A stretch of DNA of 57,838 nucleotides, counting the filler, from Sphacelaria rigidula (lineage: Eukaryota), in the NCBI GenBank assembly GCA_964200075.2. It is 8 parts of 8 records of this genome, joined end to end, with 100 filler letters (N's around TTAATTAATTAA, not from the genome) between each part and the next. Parts side by side here need not be neighbours in the genome. Positions count along the whole stretch, not along the records: positions 43,455 to 50,596 come from CAXNAA020016285.1; positions 50,697 to 57,838 come from CAXNAA020016286.1; 6 more parts are not named here. The stretch is one strand, 5' to 3'. The position numbers and the translations under genes are program-made. The notes under the pieces are model-generated. The model searched no databases. It was not told where the DNA came from and was given only the letters and a program-made list of their open reading frames with translations. Below are positions 47,287 through 57,838 of this stretch, in pieces. Within the stretch, counting starts at the first letter, position 1. The number at the start of each line of letters is the position of its first letter.

Positions 47287-49229
47287 ATGGACGGGTGTGA
47301 TGATAATCATGTGCTATTTTGTCGCAGATGTTTTTCTTCCCACCTGCGGCCCGGAGAGTAGTTTGTTTAGTTTCATGCACACACGTACGCATGCACGACA
47401 CTCAGTTTTTTTCTTTTTTCTTTACTTTATCGTGTGCACTGTTGGATGTTCCATGTCATTGACATACGTTTTCTGTTCGGATTTTCTGTCTGTCTCCTCG
47501 TCTTGACAAATGATACAGCAACGAGAGGTGTTGGTCATGATGGTCGCCCAAAATGGAGTATCCAGAGGTTGTTCACCCGATAGTGTTCGATCGCGCTTTT
47601 GACTTCCTACTCGCTCTTGGCGACACACGTAATTCGGCCAAAGCTTGGAATCTCAGCTACAGTAGCGTCGGTTCCAAGGTAACTGGCGTCGGAAAAGTCA
47701 TCGATGGGAGTGTCAGAGCGACGAGGAGCTGTGTGTCGGCTGCTGTCGTGGTTTTGTCTTACAAGAGTTAACTGAGTCTCGCTACACTCACGCCCTATTT
47801 GTCGCCCATAGAACGTTACGTGTCCCGAGAGTTGGGTGATGCGTTTTGTATTCCACGGATCGCAGGCAAAACTGGTGCATGAGGTGTATGAGGTGTATGA
47901 GGTGTATGAGCGCATCGCCGCACCGTCCTTCGGCGGAGGAACCGGACACTTGTAGACTTTTGGGTTTCGCAAGTCTCTAGTGATTTCTATCAGCTCCGTT
48001 CCCCACCCTTTTCGTCAGGCTGCAGCGTTCTGTTATCCGTGCCCGAATGTATCCGAGGTCAACTCGATACTGCGGTGTTTGTGGTGTATGAGGGATTGGA
48101 TGAAGAGCTGCACGGGATGGATTGGCAGCCACGTTACGGTAGTCCTTCGAAGACCAACAGGCATTGAATACATGTTCACACAGCGCTTGTGTGTCAACGA
48201 CTCTAGATGGGGATAAGCGGCACAGCCGTGGCCGCATCGCTGGTGTTGGGGTCTTTGGAATTCTTTGTCTGTACAGCGATGCCATGCATGTGTTGACAGC
48301 ATATGAGGCACGGTAGGTGAAATGATGCGCTTGTTTTACATGTGGGATTTTGCTCCCCATGGATCGCCGGTTGGGATGAGTCTTGTATCCAAGTAATTAC
48401 GTGGAATATTCGTCGATCGAACCCCCTGTATCTATGTGCACCCTGGGATATTGACGTATTGAACGTTTTTTTGTTGGGGAGGCGGAACCGGACCTGTCAT
48501 GGTTAGATCCTTTCACGTGCAGGCGTCATCGAACCCTAGAAAGACGTATGACTTTCCCCCCCCCTTGATCTATAAGGAGTGATTTGAGTTGAAAGTGGTG
48601 GAACTTTCTCCTGTTCTAACGCGTTTCCACGTGGTTACGGCTTGGCTATCTGTTGTACGTGTTTGCATGGTAACACCTCCTGTATGTCAGAATGGTATGG
48701 CCTCCTGTGTGTCGGGCGAAATTTTCGTTCGAGTCGTTTGGAGGCGAAATAGTAGTGCGGTCGAATGAGTTCGATCGCTACCCGATCATACAAGGTGAAC
48801 ATAGAGGTGTACCATTTTTTCATGCTCTCCACGCTACTTCGAAGGGACAGGTTAGCTCACGTACGCATTTTTTTCCTCTACATTTTTTCACCCTGATGTA
48901 TTTGCAGCGTTTCGCTGTTTTTAGGGCAACCGATGAATGACCTCTCGCCGAGCCAAGTTGCTACCTACCCTGTGTACTTTTGTTTTTTTGTCATCATAAG
49001 ACTCTGTCTGTGGTTGTATAGTGTATCTATGCACGCCAGTTATATTCGTTCTTCATCAAGTCAAGCAAAGGGGGGTATGGACACGGCGTTTTTCCTGCGG
49101 TAGTGCGCATCCTTTTGATTTCCAATCTCACCCGCTCTCGTGGTTATAGTTTGTCACTCAGAGTTGGGATTTCAACAGTTTACTGCCGGGGCAGCTAGGT
49201 GTTTTCGCATCTTTGAATTATATCGTGAT

Positions 49230-50596
49230 TGGTCTAGGGATGATGGTCGTTTCGGACGTCTCCCCCGGGGGTAGTCAGGGTGATGATATCTTCAACATGG
49301 GTGTAGCGGTGGATGTGGTGCACTTCGATTGGCGAGTCATCCTACGACAGGGGGGGGGGGAGGCGTACTCATTTGTTGCCCGCCTTGGTCGTTTGGCCAT
49401 TGACCGTGCATCCCTTTCGAGACGGAGCACCGTTCTTACTCCTACTAGAGACACCTTCAACATTCCTGCGCTCATTGCGTTTTTTCCATACCTGTAGCTC
49501 ATTACGTTTCTTCCATACATTGGGCGAAAACCTTTTTCGTTTCTGATTCCCGCTCTGTTTCGCCGTCTCTGGCCACCATCTTTTCCCTGGTATAGCCATC
49601 GTTTTCTCATTACTGTCTAATGCATCAAACGATTTCATGCCACCTTCGTTCACGCCCCGCATTCCCCCCTCTAGCACGCCCCGTTCCCCCTTGTATAGTT
49701 CATATTTGGCCACTATTTGACTTCTGCTCTCTATTGCTTTGCCACAGAGGCAGTTCTGTCCATCTACTTCCTCCTCCTTTTGACGACTGGTGCATCTGTT
49801 TCTTCTTTCTGGAAGGTCTAGGTCCCCCATCCGAAATCGCACTTTCATATTTTTCGCCGCGTCCATGGGGCTATGCAGATATGTTTTCATTCCGATCCCT
49901 TCTTTCAACCACCCGTATATCTCCAGGTGCTTGCTCTTCCTCGTCTACCTTTGCGTCTGAGCGCTCCTTTCCCCCTTATTTGGATCATGTATCTTACTTT
50001 GTCTTGTAGCCCGCGTCTTCACCTATGGACAGTATTTCGTCTTGGTTTCCTCCTAACTCTTTCTATACTTTCTCGACTTCACTATCCCACCATACTCCAG
50101 CCTGCACTTTCGTGATTGTGTTCCATACAGCCCTATCAACTATGGCTGACAGTCTCTTTGCACGTTCTTTACGCTATATTGCCATCGCAATTTCCTCATG
50201 TCTCTGTTTGTTTCAAGTGATGACATTCCCAGCTCTGCTCTCAGTGCTGTATTACTCGTCGTTTTCAAACATCCAAGTATCTTCTCAGCTGCTGCCATCT
50301 GTACTGTTTCCAACTTCTTCACCAATTTCACGTTCCCCTCCCATACTTCTCCTGCATATTCCAGCTTTGGTACGATCACGTTCATCAGGATGCATGTCTT
50401 ACTCCTAGTGTCCAGGTGCGAATCTATGAGGATCACGTCCATTCTGCTTATCTGTGCCTTACCCGTTTTTATTACTTTGTTTGTATGTGCATCCCAAGAA
50501 TAGTGTTTTGAGATGTTTACGCCAAGTTACGTATACTGGTCTACGATCGGCAGTTCCTCTTCTCCCCACTTTAATTTGAACCCTACCGGATTTTTC
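49230..50596 (-). mobile_element. Non-LTR retrotransposon (LINE) ORF2 3' fragment, decayed
   Basis: ELPIVDQYT*LGV..SWDAH..VPKLEYAGEVW..LETVQMAAAEKILG..ALRAELG is post-RT/thumb LINE sequence; 5' part cut by the scaffold end. Confidence 0.85.
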
Positions 50597-50696
50597 NNNN
50601 NNNNNNNNNNNNNNNNNNNNNNNNNNNNNNNNNNNNNNNNTTAATTAATTAANNNNNNNNNNNNNNNNNNNNNNNNNNNNNNNNNNNNNNNNNNNN
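50597..50696. other. Artificial scaffold-joining pad
   Basis: 44 N + TTAATTAATTAA + 44 N. Confidence 0.97.
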
Positions 50697-50779
50697 ATGG
50701 GATACCCCGGTAAATACCGGGGGTACGCTCGGTACGGTACCTTACCTACGGTGCCTGTGCAAAAAATGTAACATTTCAA

Positions 50780-51340
50780 GCAGAGAGCTGCAACATGCCC
50801 AAGACACCGCACTACATCCCGCAAAATGGCCCAGTAGACGGATACTTCGAGAGTAAAGCGGCCGCCCGACAAAAGCTTCCAACATGCACAATAACACCAG
50901 TGCAGTACAACATATTGCGTTGTCGAACATGCATGGACCTAAAGAATATTCGGGTGCACAAAGATGGAGAGGTCGTCGAAAGTTAGAGGATTTGAGAATC
51001 CTGTCCCACCTGAGCCTCCACATGTCGCAGAGCCCTGACTCTCTTTTCTCCGAGACTGTCAACAGTGTTAGCCTTAACGGCTCCCCGGGCTACGTCCACA
51101 GCCTCCTCTAGCCGCTGTAGTCTGAACAGGCAATATGCACGTTCTGGCGCTAACAGGGCTTTTTGCTTGCCAGACGACGACTGTAATGCCTGCGGTAACA
51201 TCCATACGGGGGTAGGGGGGCGGCAAATATGGGCGTCGCTGAGAAATGAATCTAGCTTCATCAAAAGATCGATGAGGTCCAGCACAAGAGGGTGAGACTT
51301 CACTATTTTCGAGCCCAAAGAACACAAGAAGATCGACCGT
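50780..51340 (-). pseudogene. Possible hAT transposase C-terminal remnant
   Basis: RLRWD..PLHLCA..SLGP and SIRLLGHFAGCSAVSW loosely match hAT RW..PLH.AA..L.P and dimerisation-domain motifs. Confidence 0.35.
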
Positions 51341-51729
51341 TGCATATTAATGGGGCTGGCTTTACTGAAGGCCGCACGACATTTCCTGCATAATATAATA
51401 TAGACCTATATAATATAGCTCTATAAGGAACACCGCGGTTCAGTAGTTATTGCCATCATTCAAAAGTTCCTGTGTTCATCTTCCTTGTGAACACTGTTTA
51501 TGATAGTCACCATGAAACGCCAACGACTAATCTAAAAACAGGCATCAATTTCGTTCGGAAGTCCGAGGACTTGTTTACAGGGTTGGGATCACGTTGGGGC
51601 GGAGGCGTTCTTATAATCCCTACAGTATGCCTCGGCAAGTTACGGCGTTGCGAATGTTTCAACGGTGATGATATTCTCTAGTACAGGGTACTGAGGGTAG
51701 GGTATCGTATCCTAGGGTTTCCGGGTCCT

Positions 51730-51856
51730 TAGGGTACCGAGTACGTCAGGGTAAGTGAGGTATCGATTGCCGTAAACACTGAGTACCCTAGGGTACCGAG
51801 TACGTCAGGGTAACTGAGATATCGACTGCCGCAAACACTGAGTACCCTAGGGTACC
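51730..51856. repeat. 59-bp tandem repeat (2.2 copies) rich in GGTAC/GTACC
   Basis: TAGGGTACC at 51730, 51789 and 51848. Confidence 0.9.
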
Positions 51857-51931
51857 TGGAGTGTAGACACCCGACATAGCCTCCGTCGATTGGCACACCT
51901 CTCGTCGTCACTACATCCAGGATCATGGTGT

Positions 51932-52720
51932 GTTTGTTTATTGATTGGTTGACTGTCGTATTTCAACTGACCCCCCAGGGATCCCGCCGTGGTCACATCA
52001 TAGACGTACCCGAGACAACACAAGACTGAAACACTCGCTGCAAAAAAAGAATAAGCAGATAAAGAAGAACAGAACAACATAGTATCCTAAGACGTGGAAC
52101 AATGAAATACACTAATAAAAAGAAAAGAAGGTATGTGGAGATTAGATGTGACGGGTCTCCGCTTTTTTCACTCGTAGCCGTCCTCGAGATGTAGGCATCC
52201 GAAGTTAACGCCGGTGAAATTTGATTGCTCCAGAAGAATGCTCAGCTGCAGGATAGCTGAAGAAAACTCAATGCCGACCGGATTCCTTTTTTGAACGATA
52301 GATTCAGTACAGTAGTAGGCTACCCTTTCCCACGCACTTCCTACGCGCCATCGCTTGCGATGATACAACTTGGGCCAACGTGTTTTCGGCGCCCCGGTTC
52401 ATTTGTTCTCGGGTGGAGTGTAACAAAAACACCGAGCGCCCTCAGGAATCAGCGTTCGGAGTCCTGTGCGTCGTTCCTTCCTCACCTTTTCGTACTTGTC
52501 TTGGTTGATGAGACAGAGACACTTCACCCGAATTGCGTCCACATCGTCCGGGTGCTTGGACCGGACTAAGCGTCATGAAACATAAAAAAAGGTACAGGGT
52601 AGACGACAGCGGGTCCGGTCAGGCGCAAGTCAATTCACCGCGAGAAAAGCAAGTCGTGGAGGACGTTGGTCGACGCAGCAAGATATGGTGAGCGGTGCGG
52701 CACATGGAAGCCACACAAGA
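51932..52720 (-). mobile_element. RTE-like LINE 3' fragment
   Basis: 3' terminus GGATCCCTGGGGGGTCAGTTGAAATACGACA..CAATCAA is shared with the copy ending at 54670; weak ORF2 C-terminal remnants. Confidence 0.6.
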
Positions 52721-53599
52721 ACCTAACACGAGCCGGGGAAAGAAACGCAACAGCTACAGCAGAGTATTACTGTATGCATGTATGGTGGAAGGATCACAAA
52801 ATGTGCAGGGCAAGACAAACCAAGCAGCCAGACAAGAGACCGGGATGATGAGGATAATAACCAACATCGTCTGGTGCTCAAGGGCGCAATCACCACGGCT
52901 GAGCGATAGTTCTGATAATCCGAAACTGCCGCCCGTTCCGCTCGCCACCACACAAAACTATTGTTCTGTACTGACTGTCGGGTACTGTCTGTACGGTAAT
53001 GACAGCAGCTTGAAAAAAAATGTACTGTAGAGCGGTCGCAGCGATTTTCTTCAGGAACGCTATCACACCCTCTTCGACCGTGTTGCCTGCAGAGGCGATT
53101 AATACAAGCGTCCCTGCGATGTGAGTGACGAGTGACATCCGGGGTCAAGACTACCTAGCCGTGTCGACGTGCAAGCGACGGCCTTCAAGGGAGAATGACA
53201 AGCACAAAAAAAAAAAAAACCTCATTGAACTGCTCCAAAACAAACATCACCCTCAGCAAAAAGCCCCGACCTTCAACTTTGTTTCGGGTGAACAGTCCAA
53301 GTGCATGTTTGTACCGCACAAGATGATCTGTGCTGGAGACGCGGGTCTGTCCTATTTTCACTACTGATACACTCCCCTGTACCCAGTGCGGGCGAGCGCT
53401 CCACTTTACATACAAGATAAGTTCTGCCTCGGGGGAAACTCCGACTACTTACAACATGTCCGATATTTTTGGGGGTCACCCGCGACTTTCGACTCGGGGC
53501 TTGCTATACCTCAAGAAGCCATGCCAGCAAGGAGATGAAACTGGCTGGTGAACAGACACTGCGGAGTGAAGACAATGGTACACCGCATTTCCGCTCTTT

Positions 53600-54670
53600 A
53601 CTTATACACTGCTCATTACAAGCTATCGCTGTGAGTGCGTTGATTCCGCAGGAAAGATCGACATGGCGACAAGAGTCCTTCATACAGAACGGTGCTCGAG
53701 ATGACCAACTCCGAACGTATAGACGACTATCCGCAAACGCCAACTCTGGTTCGCGGGAGCCCTTGTCCGGCAGAAGGAAACACGTCTCTCTGAACGCATC
53801 ACGAAGGGACGGTTAACCGTACGAGGGCCCAGGGAGGCAGGCCGCACCCCCCAACGATGAGAAGAAAACCTCCAGGAGAGTCTACGTGCCCTAGGGGCTG
53901 TTCCGCACAAAGGATCACGACGGAAATGGTTCGCATACGGTGTAGAGCTTAACGATGCATACGATTGGGTCACTGCGGCGAAAACATGAGGAAATGGCAT
54001 ATTGAAGTCGAAAAAGGAGCGAAACAGCTTGAGGACACGTGGCGACGTGAAGACAACCGAGAACCTGACCTCCGTCACAAACGAGAGGCTGCTGCGTCGA
54101 CAGCCGCCAATCGAAGAATCCTGTGTGCCCCTATCGATTGTTGATTGTGTCCTTGGTCGGTGGCACAGCGGTGACCCTTGACGTGTGTCTATATCTACTC
54201 TGCTGCCCTGAACTCTTTGGGCTTCACCACTCCAGTAGTCTCCTTCTTCCCTGCTCTCCATTTCCCCATCTTTCTCTCCATATGTGTTCTTCCCTGCCGG
54301 TGTATGCTAAAGCAGTGTGGTACCTCGCTTCATTGTGTTTGTCCATGGATGGGAGGGTTCATACCCCAAATAGTGCGGTCGTGATAGACGAGCCGCAATC
54401 GTTTCCCACAGCCTTTGCTTTTTTACGACTGGGTATGAGTGTGGTTCTGCTGGGCAAGACCTTTTCCACCAGAGCCATGTAGCAGAGGCCGGCAATTTAT
54501 ATTTTTTTACTTCTTCCTCTTTCTCTTCTTAGTCTACTCTGTTGTTCTGTTCTATATTTTCTGTTTTTTCCTTTTTTTTCAGCGAGTGTTTCCGTCCATC
54601 ATGTGGATAATAACAACGGCTGGATCCCTGGGGGGTCAGTTAAAGTGCGACAACCAATCGATCAAATCAA
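53600..54670 (+). mobile_element. RTE-like LINE 3' fragment
   Basis: SYRTVLEMTNSERI / IRKRQLWFAGALVRQKETRLSERITKGRL..GP / KWFAYGV..DWVTAAK are RTE ORF2 C-terminal motifs; ATCAA-type tail. Confidence 0.75.
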
Positions 54671-55843
54671 CCTGTAATACATGCGAATATGCCCCAGTAG
54701 GTACTCAACATCACAACTTTCTGACAGGTGAGAGGTGCGTAGATGTTTACCCATGAGCCACATGAAATCACTTCGTGCATATAGTGTCCGATGGTAGCGG
54801 CAGGAAACAACGCTCGTATCCATCCAAGGCCTTCCAAGTCCTACACCAGTAAGCCTACGGTAGACTATGTCCGAGCATATTTAGGCAATCTTGTGCCACC
54901 TAAACGCAGTTTTGGGCTTGCAACGGCATGTATCAGGCAGCTATAGGCACACCTATTCCAGTGAACTTGGGCAACATATCTAGAAATGCCAAAGTCCAAA
55001 TGTTTCCCTGCGGTGAGTTCAAGTAACGCCTCGCTCATCTAATGTTGATGCCTTCATCGCCTTCTACAACACGCTTCGCCCGACTTGAAATAGAGTGCTT
55101 ACGAACTGTAAATTAATGTCATGTATGTAGGCAACTTCGGACGTTCATGATTTGATTTCAATGTCAGACGCTCCTGCGATCAAGATCTAAAAAAGTGAAA
55201 ATAAACGGGTTCAAATCAAGTGGGGCGTGCGACCATGGAACCACGTCTTCCTGTGCACGATCACTAGACATCATCCTCGGCTTAGTGTTGGTGCGGTGAG
55301 CGCTGTGCTTGAGTGTACGCCCATTCGGTCCATTCTATCCACCTGTAGGCTTGAAGGAGAAAGTTCAAAGTTGCAAAGTTGCGAACTGAGCAGAAATTCA
55401 GATTATGTTCATCTTGTGTGATACTGTCCATGCTGTATACCCCTTGTACCGCTGATACTTCCAAAGGGCGTCGTATTGTGCTACACCGTAGATCTACACG
55501 ACAGGACAGCTTGTGACATGTGACACACTGCACGGGTACGGAGGCGGAGTATGCTCACACCGATTGGTCTGGTACGAAGATGAAACAGAAAACAAATACT
55601 TGTATTGAGGGGCAAACCGTACAGTATCTCGTTATCTCCACCAACAACATGGACATGACTCACAGCACACGGTACAGCATCCCTGGCTATACTATGTCCC
55701 CGTAATACCTCACACTCCGCCAAGCACTCTCATTGCCAACTTTTGCACAGCATCTTCTCTACATACTGTACGGCACTGGATGCGGCAGAACTCTACTGTA
55801 CTGTGTGTACTCTTGCGAGGCTCACTGCACTACGGGTACTCAC

Positions 55844-55976
55844 TGGTGTTGCACAGCTGTATCGCCTTCTCGTAGTCTTCATTTGAGACATTCTCGATCA
55901 CACGCCTCCACAACTTTTGACTCTGGGTTACCAGCTCCTCGTTTTTCCCGCTCCCAGACTCATTGCTCTTCTCCAT
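55844..55976 (-). CDS. Probable first exon of a TPR-like protein resembling the SRP72 N-terminus
   Basis: ATG at 55976 and A|GTGAGT donor; MEKS..SQKLWRRVIENVSNEDYEKAIQLCNT resembles the first SRP72 TPR by eye only. Confidence 0.5.
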
Positions 55977-57361
55977 AGCACCCAATAGCACCGTATCACG
56001 CAGGCGACAAGCGACACAGAACCGCACGCGGGACTGTACGTTTGTGATTCGAAACATTTTCGCTCATGACTTCATTCCGTGTACCTGCGGTCGATACACC
56101 GTCGGCAGGAGAAGAATATTCAAAGACAAACCTGCAAATCAGTACTAAATAATGGAAATAATTTATGTGTTCATAAAAAAAATCAAGTGATAAAAACCTC
56201 AAGAAAACCTCTTTATCATTGTTATCAGTAAAAAATTTCTAGAGGAATCTCCGAAATGATAGATTATGACAAGTGGTAAAAGTGATACTTTCGATGATCA
56301 TAGATTTATTCGAAATAGAACAAGGGAGGGATCCGCCTGTCCAGACGTCTTCGCTTGAGGCGGAAAGGTTCTCGGACAAGCTACACGCGGTAGGTTCCCG
56401 GCCGAAAGATTCCTTTGCTACATATGTTTTATACGGTAGAATTCTGCTAGAGTGTTTGCATGCTGTGAGGTTGCTGTATTGTCGATGGCAACAGACAGGC
56501 GGGCCCCTGGTGATGGAGTACACTGTACAGTACAGTGTACTTACTGTACCGTAAAATGTCATCTCAGCTGTCTGTACCCACGGTGGCTCACGACGCTTTG
56601 GGGTGCCCGTGGTTACTCGAAGATTGTCAATCGTGGCGGTTCATCAGTTGGCACAGACTCCGGTTCCCGCTGGTGCTAAGCATCTCGAGGTTGCAGTATT
56701 TTTGCGTCGGATACACATGTACGATTACCTCACTGAAACACCGCCAACCAGCAAGCCGTAGACTTTCCGTTCAATCTCATCGCCCGGAGTCCCTCTACCA
56801 TTTGAAGCAGCAGGACGATGACAACCACCTTGATGGTTACCCTGGACCGTACGGTACGGTAGCGTGGCCTCTGCCAGCACACCACGGCAGATGTATATGG
56901 TGGTTTGGCCGCAGGGTGTGTTTGCTGCAGCTCGAGCCTGCATGTTTTGGCAAGTGTTGCACGTGTGTCGGCAGGCATCGTCTTGTTGGCGGCAGATGGT
57001 TTAGTTGTCGGTGCCGTTTGCGGTTTCTAGGGCTTTGATGTGGCTACACGATGGAGCTAGAGATCATTTTGCTGCTGAATGCGAAAACCAGATAATGTTT
57101 GCAGGTAGTAAGTGGCGTATCCCCATGTCTCTAGTTCCTCTGTAAGTGTCATGCTATGCATGTTGCAACTACATTTTCAATACAGCAGTGTGTCTTTGTG
57201 GGGTGTGCGTCTGGTGGTCCTTGAGACAGTCCGCGACTGCAACCGGTCCTTTGCTTCACAGTACGGTACTGCTGTGCTTGATATTTCTAGTTCAAACTTC
57301 CTGTACACTTGTATCAACCATCGACCGATTCACGCCTTGTCGACACAACCTTGCTGTTTGC

Positions 57362-57838
57362 GGTGCCCTGCACCCATTTCTCGTCCGTGTTGCTCACGTT
57401 TGTTTTTGCTGCTGTCGTTGTCATTGTACAAACTGGGCGTGTATCATCCATGAGCGGCGCCCCAGAATCATGCCACAGTGACCATGTTTGGTTGCTTAAC
57501 CGCAATGGGCGTATCGATACCTATCGTGGTACACCCTCAGTTCGCGCTGTGGACGCCTCAGATATCAATCGCCATCACTGCTAATAGCAAATTGCCACTC
57601 AGCATCATAGCCCTTTTGGCCGCAGGACCGGGCCGCACCTCAGCCCGGGTGCCCTGCACCCATTTCTCGTCCGTGTTGCTCACGTTTGTTTTTGCTGCTG
57701 TCGTTGTCATGGTACAAACTGGGCGTGTATCATCCATGAGCGGCGCCCCAGAATCATGCCACAGTGACCATGTTTGGTTGCTTAACCGCAATGGGCGTAT
57801 CGATACCTATCGTGGTACACCCTCAGTTCGCGCTGTGG
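57362..57838. repeat. 286-bp direct tandem duplication at the scaffold end
   Basis: GGTGCCCTGCACCCATTTC at 57362 and 57648; the second copy is nearly identical and truncated. Confidence 0.92.

Noticed and set aside
47980..48840. Harbinger-like transposase remnant on the minus strand
   Set aside because: Only vague motif resemblance; no DDE motif recovered.
1..57838. Endogenous phaeovirus, Fanzor/TnpB or sex-determining-region signature
   Set aside because: No dense intronless viral ORFs and no RuvC or tyrosine-recombinase motifs; TE richness is expected in short unplaced scaffolds.

Overview
Eukaryotic, intron-rich, transposon-dense DNA. A brown alga or related stramenopile is my inference from the RCC1 repeat style and the Ty3/LINE sequences. 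The window is not one locus. It is eight short scaffolds of 7143, 7143 and six of 7142 bp, joined by identical 100-bp pads (44 N + TTAATTAATTAA + 44 N), so nothing can be linked across a pad. Host gene fragments: two RCC1-repeat exons, a Ser/Gly/Arg-rich low-complexity gene, coiled-coil exons, a WW-domain gene ending in seven (T/S)AxGGTxNR-like repeats, and a possible SRP72/TPR-like first exon. The rest is mobile DNA: decayed Ty3/gypsy elements, LINE 3' fragments, hAT remnants, TTAA piggyBac-like elements, Stowaway- and Tourist-like MITEs, a 4-bp-TSD MITE family, fold-back elements and tandem repeats. The most notable signal is two Ty3/gypsy copies on different scaffolds that share the same RT/RNaseH deletion junction and the same integrase D->N change, plus a shared non-canonical 3' module. 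No CRISPR array, rRNA, intact tRNA or intact autonomous element was found, and I cannot support a clearly new biological system.
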